Assembly: GCA_963794945.1 (NCBI GenBank)
Contig: CAWCFT010000005.1
Coordinates: forward strand, 32,001-96,000
Origin: Endomicrobiales bacterium
Lineage (GTDB): Bacteria; Elusimicrobiota; Endomicrobiia; Endomicrobiales; CAWCFT01
DNA length: 64,000 bases
Reading direction: 5' to 3'
Part shown: positions 9,901-21,621 of the stretch, piece after piece
Position numbering within the stretch: position 1 is the stretch's first letter
Layout: the number at the start of each line of letters is the position of its first letter
Translations under genes and position numbers: made by a program
The notes under the pieces: model-generated
The model's input: the letters and a program-made list of their open reading frames with translations, nothing else
What the model was told of the DNA's origin: nothing
Database searches by the model: none

Positions 9901-12418
9901 CATCGAGGTCTTCGGTGTCAATTTTACCGTTTCCTGCGCCGAAACGCGTTGTAGTGCCGTCGGGATTTAAGAATGCCCAACCTACATCTTCACCCTGGGT
10001 AAGGCTTCCGGTGTGGCTTAAATCTTCGGTTTTAGGCACCGTTGCATTCGGATCTCCATCAGCATTTTCGTTTATCTGTCCAAACCCTATCGAAAGCTCT
10101 TCGTTATTCCCGTCACCATAGATACACATTTCAAGATATGATTTTTGCGACCAATCCTGACCTACATTGGACAAAGGTTCGACAATTGATAACTCCGGAG
10201 AGCGGGAAAGATTATAATTTATATGCAGCACCTGCACATTTTGATTACTTACTGAAACCAGAGTATTGTTTATATCACTTAATGCTACTTGATCGGTTAA
10301 CCATGAAATATCGTTTAAAAAATATCTTACTCCAGAAGGAGTGGCGGCAGGCTGCCAGGAAAGATAATTCGTAGATATACCGGCCTCCTGCTTAATGCCT
10401 TCCATGTTCTCCACAATAGCTACGCCAGAATTAGTTATATTCGGATTTTCAGAACTCTGTGCGAACTCCGCACCCACTGACATCAGTAACGGTGTTCCCG
10501 GCACTTTTACGTCACTAATCTTTGTGTCGCCTTCCAATACTGACAAACTTGTAGGCGTCGTGCGTATATCAGGCGCCGTAGCGCTCTGAGCATCCATCTG
10601 GTAGATATAGCTCATACCAACAAAAACATTCTTTGTAAGGGAAAGCTGGGACCTTAAACCGATAAGGGTAGAACCGCCGGTCCCGCCAAAAGGAGCATAA
10701 TCGTAAGAGACTTCAATTACAGTACTTTCCGTGATCTTTTCTGCATTGAAAAATGTCACTATTCCTGCGTCATAATCTATGAAGTAGTCTTCATTGGACT
10801 TCAATATCACTCCATCCATAGTGACCTTTTCCGACTTGGGAACTATTCCAGGCCGCAGAGTTATAATCTTAATCCTGTAACTGTATTGTGTTAGTATATT
10901 GTAGGCATGAGTACTCTGGGTGTACAGAGTACTTTGAAAAGGCAGACTGGTAGGCGGTTCAAAGTTGAACACACCGTTCTCAAAATCAACTGTAACGTTA
11001 CTTGGATACATAGGCACTGGTTTTCCGTTTGGTGTGCTTGGATCCACAATTGTGGTAGGCTGCTTGTCCGTAAGATCCACTACACGCCAAATGAAATTAC
11101 CCCTGCCGTTGTCCCTAATGATTTGCAGATCGCCAAAACTATAGAATGTTTTCAGCTCTGTTGAAAGACCTAATGTCACGGAATCATCGTATTTTATTAT
11201 TTTTAGCATACCGGGATCAGCCCCGATGCTTGAAAGGCGCGTTACGCTTGCCCCGTTTGTTTTCTGGTAATCTATAGCCACAACATAGTTTGAGAGCATC
11301 TGCTTTTTAAAAACAAGTATCCCTCGGCTATAATCAACTGTATAGTCTTGGCCCGGAATAAGAAGATTAAAATTGCCCGTATAATAAGTTGCAGGGCTTG
11401 TTAGTGTTTCAACTGTCATAGTTGACGTATTAATATTATTTGTAACAGGGTTTCGATTATCCAGATATACCTGGATCGAGCCACCGACCATAGTGTCATT
11501 ATCTAACTTCACGGCATAATACTTCATCGCTATATAGCCTGTATCAGGAATTTCCTTGCGAATAAGCTGGGTGTTCCCCGTAAATCTTTTAACTTCCGAA
11601 AACCCTTTTGTTCTAGAGAAAAACCCCCAGGATTCCAGCCCTTTGTATTTCGCCTTTACCTCAACTCCGAAAAGTTGTTTTGAATATCCAACGAACTCTG
11701 TTTGGGGTAGCGACATGTTTATGTCGCCGAAAGCGGCTTCCTGTATAACTTCATTTTTATCCCCCTTGTAAACTACAGATATATCACGTTTATCCGCAGT
11801 GGTGTCGTCGAAATCAACGTTGACATTGATCTTTCTGCCGACCTGGCCTTTTATTCTCACTTGCAGTTCCTGGGTCATATCGAAGCTAGGGGAAGGGTTG
11901 GTCCTTATGGGGGGATTTTCAACATCGTATGTTGTGGATTTGAACGCAACGCCTATAACTTTTCTTCCGGAAATCGAAAGCTGGGATTCATATGGCAGCT
12001 CAACTGAAAGTCCTGGAGGCAGAGGGACAGGCGTACGCCTTGTCACAGAAGAACCGACCACTTCCTTTTCGGTTTCCGTTACATACCCTTCATTCTGCCT
12101 TCGCATGCATATCCATTTGTCATTTGTAAAACAAAAAATATTCGTGCCGGCGAGGTACTGTACCAGTTCTTCACCGGCCTCTCCCGGTTCTGTGACTGTA
12201 GGGATCGACAAATCGTATGAGTTTACAGTAGATGTTGAAACTGAAACCGAGGCTGACTGGGAGGTAGTGCTTAATTTCAACAGATAGTTATCTACGTTAT
12301 TTTTATCACCCAGGATTGACAGGTTCTTTACTGTGGAATGGAATATTTCGGCCCTAAGCGTAGTTACCTGTATGATGAGGACGGCAATTACACAACATGC
12401 AGAAAGGAAACGTTTCAT
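6924..12418 (-). CDS. SprA/Sov-like very large outer-membrane beta-barrel protein (~1830 aa); one frameshift near 7290
   Basis: Signal peptide. FDMTQELQVRIKGQVGRKINVNVDFDD..YKGDKNEVIQEAAFGDINMSL..SKQLFGV and DTEDLDGDG resemble motifs recalled for SprA. The frame continues as DGTGKLTTDLQTDTY into ORF 6924-7259, which ends in a C-terminal Phe. Confidence 0.7.
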
Positions 12419-12598
12419 GTGTTGGCCTGCGACAACATTGTTATAAACAGGTTCAAATTATGTCCTTTTTGTGGCCAATATCAACCTTGCCCGCAACACC
12501 CTTGCCGGGCAAATGCTTCTGAGCCGGAATCATAAATATTTTGTTGCTAAATATTCGCTACAATTATAGCTCTTTTCGTTTCATTTTTCCATATATTT

Positions 12599-12607
12599 TG
12601 ATATAAT
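12599..12607 (+). promoter_or_regulatory. Extended -10 promoter element, probable native lptF promoter
   Basis: TG-A-TATAAT; would lie ~35 nt upstream of the lptF ATG if the IS4 and one target duplication are removed. Confidence 0.5.
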
Positions 12608-12624
12608 ACAAAATATATTATCCT

Positions 12625-13895
12625 CACTTCTGTCCGGTTAAAAAGCGAACGCCATTGTTAGTTGGCGGTCTGTGTTTTTGATTTTAGGCAGCAATCGATC
12701 ATTCAAATTAAGTAAGTCAATGAGATTGAGGCGTTCAAGAAGCGTTTCCTGAATGACTTTGTGCAGGTAGAACAGTGAATATTTATATTTTGACTGATAT
12801 TTGATGTAAGACAGAAGCAAGTAGTAGCACATGGCAATCCAGATCTGCGTAAGCACAGCGTTCTTTGAAGTGCCAAAGAATGTTTTGATTTTAAGGTTCT
12901 GCTTGATCCACTTGAAAAAGACTTCAACTTGCCAGCGGGCTTTATAGATACCAGCAATAGTAGAAGCGGCAAGCTTGAAGTTGTTGGTAATAAAAACAAG
13001 CAGTTTATCGGTTTGCTTGTCATAGTAACGGATCAAGCGCAGTTCTTTGGGATAATCCTGCTTCTGATAAAAGCCGTTCAAGGCGATAATTTCATCTGAA
13101 ATTACGCTGTTTTTTGATGATTCAGGATGCTGTCCGGAAACAGTGTAATTGATGTTGTCTTTGGCTCTGGTAACGAAGAAAGCGCCTACTGTGTCTATTG
13201 AATTAAACCAGGCAAAGTCTATATAGCCCTTGTCCATGCAGTAGATGCTGTCCGGCACAATGTCAAAAGAAGAACGGGCAACGGTTATTTCGTGCTTTTT
13301 GGCATCTGTGACAACCATGAACGTGGGTATCTGCCCGGCATGGTCTAACTGGCAATGCAGTTTTATAGCCCCTTTGGTAGTGCGGAATTTTGCCCATGAA
13401 AACATTGACAGGCACAAGTCAATGACTGTGGCGTCAAAAATGAACAATGGGTTTTTAAACTTGAATTTGTGTGTAGGGGTTATATTCTTACAGCGTTCAA
13501 GCAAGGCATAAAACAACCCTTCATATATGCGGTAGTCGCGTTTCTGGTTGGCATCGGCAAGAGTAGAACGGCGCACAATGGCAAGGCCGACATGGTAGAG
13601 CTTTCCGGCTTGCGCCAGAAAAGCATTAACAATATCACGCAAGCTGTCCTTGCCGCTGATTTGGGCATAAAGCATGACTGTTAGTTGTTTCCAGCAATTG
13701 AAGGTTTTGACGTATCTGTCCCCGAAATGACGAGAAACGAGGTTTTCAAAACGATGTCTCGGAATAAACGTTTGCAATTGGTTCATGATAGTGTTATAAT
13801 GCATCTTATCAATCCTCCGTCAGTAGATTTGTTCCTTTGCAGAAACATTCTACCTGATCGGGGGATTTTATTCAAATTTTAACCGGACAGGTTTG
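12625..13895 (-). mobile_element. IS4-family insertion sequence, copy 1 (1271 bp)
   Basis: Terminal IRs CACTTCTGTCCGGTTAAAA / CAAACCTGTCCGGTTAAAA; 9-bp target duplication TATTATCCT at 12616-12624 and 13896-13904. Confidence 0.95.
12638..13804 (-). CDS. IS4-family DDE transposase
   Basis: 388 aa; FDATVIDL, MDKGY, YKARWQVEVFFKWIKQNL (YREK-like) motifs; identical protein at 46609-47775. Confidence 0.95.
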   Translation of the reverse strand: MHYNTIMNQLQTFIPRHRFENLVSRHFGDRYVKTFNCWKQLTVMLYAQISGKDSLRDIVNAFLAQAGKLYHVGLAIVRRSTLADANQKRDYRIYEGLFYALLERCKNITPTHKFKFKNPLFIFDATVIDLCLSMFSWAKFRTTKGAIKLHCQLDHAGQIPTFMVVTDAKKHEITVARSSFDIVPDSIYCMDKGYIDFAWFNSIDTVGAFFVTRAKDNINYTVSGQHPESSKNSVISDEIIALNGFYQKQDYPKELRLIRYYDKQTDKLLVFITNNFKLAASTIAGIYKARWQVEVFFKWIKQNLKIKTFFGTSKNAVLTQIWIAMCYYLLLSYIKYQSKYKYSLFYLHKVIQETLLERLNLIDLLNLNDRLLPKIKNTDRQLTMAFAF

Positions 13896-13921
13896 TATTA
13901 TCCTAGTAGTTTAAACTACCT

Positions 13922-15013
13922 ATGAAACTATTACACCGTTATATAATATCAGAGTTTATCGAATCATTCCTCTTCGGGCTTTCCGTATTTTCTATTATTC
14001 TTCTGCTAGACCAGATATTTCAGCTTATCGACCTTTTCCTTTCAAAAGGTATTTCATTTTTCATAGTGATTAAGCTTTTCCTCTTGATACTTCCCAACAT
14101 TTTTTCACTCACGATCCCTATGGCCGGGCTTTTCGGCATATTGCTTGCATTTGGAAGGCTTTCTGAAGATAACGAGATAACCGCACTGCGGTCTTCCGGT
14201 ATTACATACTCTACCATCGTCTCTCCTGTATTACTGTTGATGCTGGTCCTGAGCATTTTTCTGGTTTATTTCAACCAATACCTCTCCCCGGCTACACATT
14301 CGCAATTCAGAAGGATATATCAACAAGTTTTATCATCCAGGCCCCTTATCAAATTTGAAGAGAAATCCATAACCAAGATAGGCGATTATAGGCTTTATGT
14401 GACCAAGATCAACAAGAACTCGAACTCGCTTGAGGGTGTAAATATCTACAAATTTTCAAAGAATGACAGCGATTCTGCCTGGAGAATAAGCGCTTCGTCC
14501 GCTGTTGTTGCGGTAAACCCGAACGCCGTAATATTCAACCTTTTCAAGGGCTACTGGCAAAAACCTAATCCCGCAAAACCCGATGACTTGGTTAATATGA
14601 ATTACGCCTACTATCAATTTACAATACCGATTGGCGGAGACATCATGCCGTTTTCCCAATCTTTGCGCGAAATGACCGCAACTGAAATGAAGGCTGAAAT
14701 TAATAATTACCGTTTAAAAAAACTCCCCCTCACTTTTCTTGAAACCGAATATTGGTTGAGATGGACTCTGGCTCTGGCACCATTCGTTTTCGCCGTTTGC
14801 GGTATACCTCTGGGAGTGGTTTCAGAACGCGGAGGAAAATCGATCGGTTTCGGCATGAGCCTTATCGTGCTTTTTATCTATTATTTCATGCTTGTTTCGG
14901 CGCTGAATATTTCAGAAAAAGGTTACCTTAACCCGGGTATAGCGATGTGGATACCTGACTTCGCAATACTTTTATGCGGTCTATTTTTATGGAAGAGGAT
15001 GCTGAAAACATAA
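13922..15013 (+). CDS. lptF: LPS export ABC permease, LptF/LptG family
   Basis: Six-TM LptF/G layout, FGRLSEDNEITALRSSGI motif, tandem with a paralog. Confidence 0.88.
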   Translation: MKLLHRYIISEFIESFLFGLSVFSIILLLDQIFQLIDLFLSKGISFFIVIKLFLLILPNIFSLTIPMAGLFGILLAFGRLSEDNEITALRSSGITYSTIVSPVLLLMLVLSIFLVYFNQYLSPATHSQFRRIYQQVLSSRPLIKFEEKSITKIGDYRLYVTKINKNSNSLEGVNIYKFSKNDSDSAWRISASSAVVAVNPNAVIFNLFKGYWQKPNPAKPDDLVNMNYAYYQFTIPIGGDIMPFSQSLREMTATEMKAEINNYRLKKLPLTFLETEYWLRWTLALAPFVFAVCGIPLGVVSERGGKSIGFGMSLIVLFIYYFMLVSALNISEKGYLNPGIAMWIPDFAILLCGLFLWKRMLKT

Positions 15014-15016
15014 CTT

Positions 15017-16096
15017 ATGAAAATTGTTTACCGTTACATAGCAAGAGAGTTCTTTAAGCCGCTTTTTTTCAGCGCCGTCGTATTCGGCGGGCTCGTGATG
15101 ATAAGCGAGTTCTTCCGGGAACTTAGTTTTTACCTCGAAAATAAGACACCGTTTTTGACTGTTTTCGAGTACCTCCTATTGAACCTTCCCTGGTGGATAA
15201 TACAAGTACTGCCTGTTTCCGTACTACTGGCAGTCCTATTTTCCCTCGGTCAGCTCGCAAGAAGGAATGAGATCACGGCGCTAAAAGCCGCCGGCATAAA
15301 TCTTTGGCGCATTGTTTTCATTTTTTTACTCTGCGCCGTGTTCGTTGGCTTGGTAGAGATCACATTGAAAGAAAAAGTCATACCGTTCACCGTAAAAGAA
15401 GCTGAGAGAATAATGCATGAAAAGATAAAAAAAGAGAATTATTCTGTAGAATCAGAATTTAACGACATGGTTATTTCGCTCCCAGGCAATTCCAGAATGA
15501 CGATTAGCAACCTTAACGCCAAAGATAATTCAATGAAGCAGGTAATTATAGACAGGTTCGATTCCAGTTTTAACCTAAACTCCCAGCTTGTAGCCCAATC
15601 AGCCCACTTTGACGGCACAAATTGGATATTGAAGGATGGCGTCGAAAGAAATTTTGGCAAACAACACATGAATGAAACTATTTTCTCGTCAAAAATAGTT
15701 AAACTGCCTTTCACTCCAAAAGATTTTATCCTTAAGAAACTCCGGCCGGAACAGATGACAACCAGTGAATTTCAGGAGTATGTGCACCAGCTTGATACAC
15801 TTGGAATACCATCCGAGAGAGAACGAATACAGTTATATTTCAGGTGGTCTTCGGCTTTCAGCCATATAATAGTCATGCTAATAGGCATACCTTTCGCGCT
15901 CGGCTTCGCAGGCAAACACGGGAAATTTATAAGTTTTACTTTTGCCCTTATATTTGCGTTCGTTTACTGGGGCATTCTTGCGGTGGCTCAGTCACTTGGC
16001 GAGAACAGGGTAATAACACCGCTGCTTTCTGCTTGGATAGGTAATATCCTGTTTGGTACTGCAGGGGTCTTAATGCTTGCTAAACTTAAAAAATGA
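15017..16096 (+). CDS. lptG: LPS export ABC permease, LptF/LptG family
   Basis: LGQLARRNEITALKAAGI, C-terminal PLLSAWIGNILF; second gene of the pair. Confidence 0.88.
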   Translation: MKIVYRYIAREFFKPLFFSAVVFGGLVMISEFFRELSFYLENKTPFLTVFEYLLLNLPWWIIQVLPVSVLLAVLFSLGQLARRNEITALKAAGINLWRIVFIFLLCAVFVGLVEITLKEKVIPFTVKEAERIMHEKIKKENYSVESEFNDMVISLPGNSRMTISNLNAKDNSMKQVIIDRFDSSFNLNSQLVAQSAHFDGTNWILKDGVERNFGKQHMNETIFSSKIVKLPFTPKDFILKKLRPEQMTTSEFQEYVHQLDTLGIPSERERIQLYFRWSSAFSHIIVMLIGIPFALGFAGKHGKFISFTFALIFAFVYWGILAVAQSLGENRVITPLLSAWIGNILFGTAGVLMLAKLKK

Positions 16097-16239
16097 CGGG
16101 CAGTGTAAGTCCTCATCTCAACATTAATATCTTTAAATATCAATCAATTATACCTCAATTATCTTAAGATTAAGATAGCAAGTTTTCAAAAATACCGTAA
16201 ATATTATTGTATTACCAATATAATTTATTACTTAAATAT

Positions 16240-16281
16240 AAAATCCGATATCAGTATTTTAGTACTGATATCGGATTTTTT
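16240..16281. terminator. Probable bidirectional terminator between convergent genes
   Basis: Perfect 17-bp stem AAAATCCGATATCAGTA-ttttag-TACTGATATCGGATTTT with A/T tracts on both sides. Confidence 0.8.
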
Positions 16282-16302
16282 GAGTTGAGATATTATTGCA
16301 TC

Positions 16303-17868
16303 TTATCTTCCGAAGTGGTCTTCTTCCGTACATTCGGCATGTTGACCGCAGGCTGAGCAGCTGAAGACGTTCTGCGTGCCTGATTGAGACGGTGTTACAA
16401 CAGGCATTGCCGTTGCTGCAGGAGCAGCAGTGGCCGCACTAGGAATGGCTACTTTTATATTTGAATTTGTACTTTGAACACCGGTCGTAGTTGTTGATTC
16501 TGAAGCGTTAATATATACGCCCGTGCCGGGTGTTGACGAAGGAGCGACCGCTTGAGCAGGCTTAGGTATTGCAGGCTGTGAAACTGCTTGTTTAGGCTGT
16601 TCGGCTGCCGGAGTATGAGCGCTTCTCTTTACAGTGTCATTACCGTAAGGTCTTCCTTTCTGGTCACCCCATGACATTGCAATTGTTACCTGCTGGTTCC
16701 ACTGGGGATCCTGTCCGGCATACATACCGAGTTCATCGCCCCAATAAGCATAATCTACTCTTACGCCAAGGTAAGGAACACGCATACCAAAACCAAATGA
16801 CGGATAACCAGAGCTGTAGCCACCGCGAAGTGATATCGGCCCCCATCTAAATTCGGCCCCAAAATGAAGTTTTACCCAAAACGTAGGGTCAAAAAGAGGT
16901 GATGCTGGATTCAGGAAATCCCTCACATCGGCCGCCAAAATCAGCCTGTCTTCTGTATTGATGTATTTCCCCGGCCAGTAGTAAATTTTTGAAGGTATAT
17001 AAGCTGTTCCTATATTCCACTGCGGATCTATCATGCTGGTGTATGCCGGTTGAGAGGTTTGCCCGGCCTGGCTAGCCGTAAAAGACTGGTAGGATATGTT
17101 TGTTCCGCCAACATCTGTGACCTGCAAGCCGAAATTCCACCTGGTATTAGGCTGGTAAAGAGTTCCAAAGTCCATGCCGAAACCTTTTCCCATCTGAACC
17201 TGCGGGCTGAAGTTATCGAAAGCGAGCACTGATTCGTCGTTTACGTTGATTTGGCCCCTGTATATCGCTTTAAGCGTTACACCAACCGAGAGGCTCCCGG
17301 GGACATAAGGAAGAGTGTCAAACCGGTGAGCGATGGGCACGGCGGCAATAGCGTCAACATCTCCGAACAAATTGAGGCTGGGGACTATCAAGCTTCGGTT
17401 AAACTGAAAACGGACGTCAGCCTGGTCATAAAGCCCAGCTCCCCAGGTTATGAACCCGGGAGATGAGATAAAACTGGTATTAGGAAAACCGGTCCTTACT
17501 TCCGGCATATATGAAGTTATCTTGTCGTTTATCTGGTTCAATAAACTAATTTGATCCTGCGTAGAAAGATTGCTGAAATTCTTAAGTTTATCGCTGTTAT
17601 CGTTGTAAAAATCATAGAAATTTAATACATCCTGGCTTATATTTATGGGCAACTCAAAAAGCGTAAACATCCCTCCCTGCCTCTGTGTGAGCCCGGAAGG
17701 GTTGTAGAAAACAGCATTCTGGTCATCAGATAGAGCAACAAATGCGCCACCCATACCGAGCGGCCTTATTCCTCTGATAAACACCTGTGGTTCCGACGCC
17801 ATAGCTATATGTAACATAATTACTATTACAAATAACGTTGCAAGAAGACGATATAAAATATTTTTCAT
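16303..17868 (-). CDS. Outer-membrane beta-barrel of the PorV/TraF/FadL-like superfamily with a P/A/T/S-rich C-terminal tail; probable frameshift near 16370 (true stop possibly 16293)
   Basis: Signal peptide; RPLGMGGAFVALSDDQNAVFYNPSGL N-terminal plug motif; amphipathic strands ending RVDYAYW..QVTIAMSW. Confidence 0.7.
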   Translation of the reverse strand: MKNILYRLLATLFVIVIMLHIAMASEPQVFIRGIRPLGMGGAFVALSDDQNAVFYNPSGLTQRQGGMFTLFELPINISQDVLNFYDFYNDNSDKLKNFSNLSTQDQISLLNQINDKITSYMPEVRTGFPNTSFISSPGFITWGAGLYDQADVRFQFNRSLIVPSLNLFGDVDAIAAVPIAHRFDTLPYVPGSLSVGVTLKAIYRGQINVNDESVLAFDNFSPQVQMGKGFGMDFGTLYQPNTRWNFGLQVTDVGGTNISYQSFTASQAGQTSQPAYTSMIDPQWNIGTAYIPSKIYYWPGKYINTEDRLILAADVRDFLNPASPLFDPTFWVKLHFGAEFRWGPISLRGGYSSGYPSFGFGMRVPYLGVRVDYAYWGDELGMYAGQDPQWNQQVTIAMSWGDQKGRPYGNDTVKRSAHTPAAEQPKQAVSQPAIPKPAQAVAPSSTPGTGVYINASESTTTTGVQSTNSNIKVAIPSAATAAPAATAMPVVTPSQSGTQNVFSCSACGQHAECTEEDHFGR

Positions 17869-17883
17869 TTCAATTCCTCTCTA

Positions 17884-18762
17884 TTAAAAAGTGCCATTAC
17901 TATAATAATAATCTGTGTTAATATCGACTGTCATGCCCGGAATATCACTTTCGAGGCTTTTGAAAAGGTTATTCACATCGCTGTTTATATTGCCGATCAT
18001 GGAATTACTACCAAGATTAAGCTTTTTATAAACCACTAAAAGCCTTTGGTACGCACTTGCGATATCTTGTCCGGCGCTATTAGCGACAGGCGTTATAACC
18101 GTAGAATCCTGGCTGTTGACCGTCACAGAATAATCACTGTTGAAAGTAATGATGTTTGAATCATAAACTATCAGAGCAGCCTTTAAAACCAGGCAGAATG
18201 CGATGTTCACATTTACATCCACATTATCCGGGGCGATTGTTCCGTCACCTTTGCCTTGAATAATTTTCAGAAGATGTCCAGAACTTAGAACATCATCAAC
18301 GGCCTTTTCAATTGCAGCGTGATTATTCAGTATAGACTGTGGAATAAGTGGAGAACTTGCCGAAGAGGAACCCGAAACGTGAGCGGCATAAGCGAGCGCT
18401 GATACCAGTCGATTGAATGAAGAGTTATTGCTATTATTGTTGTTGCCATTGCTGCTGTTTTGTTGTGTGACAAGATTTGAAACAAGTGTCGCTATATCCA
18501 TTCCTGAATTTGCGAGTTCTGCCGCGCAATAGCCATAGATCGCTTGAGAATTATTGGGAGTATTTTTAAGTATTTGTGAATAATACTGAAGAGCTTGCGT
18601 ATAATTCTTGTTCTGAAGCGCTTGGGCCGCGTCGCTTGACAAAGCGTTGGTTCCTGAACTACTCCCGGCTGAATGCGCGAAGGAAAATATATTATCCTTT
18701 CCGCATCCGCAAGTAACGGCAATAATTGCGCCAAGCATTAATACACTTAGCTTTCTTTTCAT
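17884..18762 (-). CDS. Putative lipoprotein with a TPR-like repeat
   Basis: Lipoprotein signal peptide (..IIAVTCGC); TPR-like AAQALQNKNYTQALQYYSQILKNTPNNSQAIYG; N/S-rich linker. Confidence 0.7.
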   Translation of the reverse strand: MKRKLSVLMLGAIIAVTCGCGKDNIFSFAHSAGSSSGTNALSSDAAQALQNKNYTQALQYYSQILKNTPNNSQAIYGYCAAELANSGMDIATLVSNLVTQQNSSNGNNNNSNNSSFNRLVSALAYAAHVSGSSSASSPLIPQSILNNHAAIEKAVDDVLSSGHLLKIIQGKGDGTIAPDNVDVNVNIAFCLVLKAALIVYDSNIITFNSDYSVTVNSQDSTVITPVANSAGQDIASAYQRLLVVYKKLNLGSNSMIGNINSDVNNLFKSLESDIPGMTVDINTDYYYSNGTF

Positions 18763-19007
18763 ACAACCCTCCCTTATATAGCGTTCAGCTCGAAGTTCGA
18801 AGATATCCAGTTTATTTTATTATTCTAGCGTTTAATCTCTTTTGTAATTGCTAAAGAGAATATTGTTTGCGCGAGAATTTTTAAAAAGGTATCCTGTCTT
18901 CTGCCCTGAACTATTCTGATACTTAAAATTACAACTATTATAACGCTATAGATATACTATATAAAGGAGATTTCTGCCACATGATTTAACGCACACATCT
19001 ATTTATC

Positions 19008-20276
<1,269 letters not shown>

Positions 20277-20280
20277 TTAA

Positions 20281-20370
20281 TTAGTGATAAGCGGTAAGTT
20301 GTAAGCTATAAATAAATGGCGAACTTCACTGTTTTCGCCTTTTCTTACAACTTATCACTTAAAGCTTAAT
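20281..20370. repeat. Inverted 7-mer tandem repeats between metK and ahcY
   Basis: TAAGCGG TAAGTTG TAAGCTA ... CTTACAA CTTATCA CTTAAAG CTTAATG, enclosing an inner GGCGAA..TTCGCC stem. Confidence 0.7.
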
Positions 20371-20380
20371 GCGTAGTTAT

Positions 20381-21559
20381 TTATACTCTTGCTTCCTTGC
20401 GAAGCTGGCTAACCTTGTTAAGTTGTTCCCACGTAAACCCAGGGCCTTTCCTTCCGAAATGGCCGTAAGAAGCTGTTTTGAGATATACCGGCCTTCTTAG
20501 TTTTAAATAATCTATTATTCCTTTCGGATTAAGAGGGAATACTTTTCTTACTATCTTACTCAGTTCCTTATCTGAGATTTTACCCGTAAATGAGGTGTCT
20601 ATCATAACGGAAACAGGATCGGCCACGCCTATAGCGTAAGCAAGTTGGACCGTGCATTTTTCAGCGAGCCCCGCGCCGACGATATTTTTAGCGATATGCC
20701 TTGCCATGTAGCAAGCGCTTCTGTCAACCTTGGTCGGATCCTTGCCTGAGAACGCTCCTCCGCCGTGCGCAGCCATGCCGCCATAGGTGTCAACGATTAT
20801 TTTTCTTCCTGTTACACCGGTATCAGACTGTGGTCCGCCGACAACAAACTTACCAGTCGGATTGATGAAATATTTCGTATTCTTGTCAACCCAGCCTTTG
20901 AGCACGGGAGCGATTATAGTTTTTATCATCTGTTCTCTTGCGGCATTTGTTATCTTGGAGCCCGTCCTGTCAAGGATCTCTTCGGTATGCTGAGACGAAA
21001 CAACAACGGTGTCTACACGCACGGGTTTACCGTCCTTGTATTCAACGGACACCTGAGATTTCCCGTCAGGTCCGAGATACTTGAGGATATTTTTCTTTCT
21101 TACTTCCGTTAAACGCAAAGCTAACTTATGAGCAAGAGATATCGGCAGCGGCATAAGCTCAGGTGTTTCTTTGCAGGCATAGCCTATCATGAGCCCTTGG
21201 TCGCCGGCGCCGCCGGTGTCAACACCCTGAGATATATCAGGCGACTGCGAATGAATGGCGTTAAGGATAGCGCAAGTCTCAAAGTCAAAACCAAATTTAG
21301 GATGATTGTATCCGATGTCATTGATTATTTTTCTAACGATTTTATGAACATCAATGAAGGCTGAGGTGGTTATTTCTCCACCTACAATTACAAGCCCCAT
21401 GGTGATAAACGTCTCGCAGGCTACCCTGCCCTTGGGGTCCTGAGCCAATACTGCATCAAGGACCCCATCCGATATCTGATCGCATACTTTATCAGGATGG
21501 CCTTCTGTTACCGATTCCGACGTAAATACAAAGTCTTTACCTTTGTCATAATTGCCCAT
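20381..21559 (-). CDS. metK: S-adenosylmethionine synthetase
   Basis: [46 protein letters not shown]. Confidence 0.97.
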   Translation of the reverse strand: MGNYDKGKDFVFTSESVTEGHPDKVCDQISDGVLDAVLAQDPKGRVACETFITMGLVIVGGEITTSAFIDVHKIVRKIINDIGYNHPKFGFDFETCAILNAIHSQSPDISQGVDTGGAGDQGLMIGYACKETPELMPLPISLAHKLALRLTEVRKKNILKYLGPDGKSQVSVEYKDGKPVRVDTVVVSSQHTEEILDRTGSKITNAAREQMIKTIIAPVLKGWVDKNTKYFINPTGKFVVGGPQSDTGVTGRKIIVDTYGGMAAHGGGAFSGKDPTKVDRSACYMARHIAKNIVGAGLAEKCTVQLAYAIGVADPVSVMIDTSFTGKISDKELSKIVRKVFPLNPKGIIDYLKLRRPVYLKTASYGHFGRKGPGFTWEQLNKVSQLRKEARV

Positions 21560-21621
21560 TGTACTTTCTCCTTTATTTGTCCGTGCTGGAAAGTCATTTC
21601 CTAGCGCGACTATTTTATTTC

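Noticed and set aside
16303..17868. Conjugative element suggested by the TraF-like barrel
   Set aside because: No relaxase, VirB4, coupling protein or integrase nearby; the context is housekeeping genes
21560..21621. Possible SAM riboswitch upstream of metK
   Set aside because: Only ~60 nt with one imperfect hairpin; no recognisable SAM-I/II consensus
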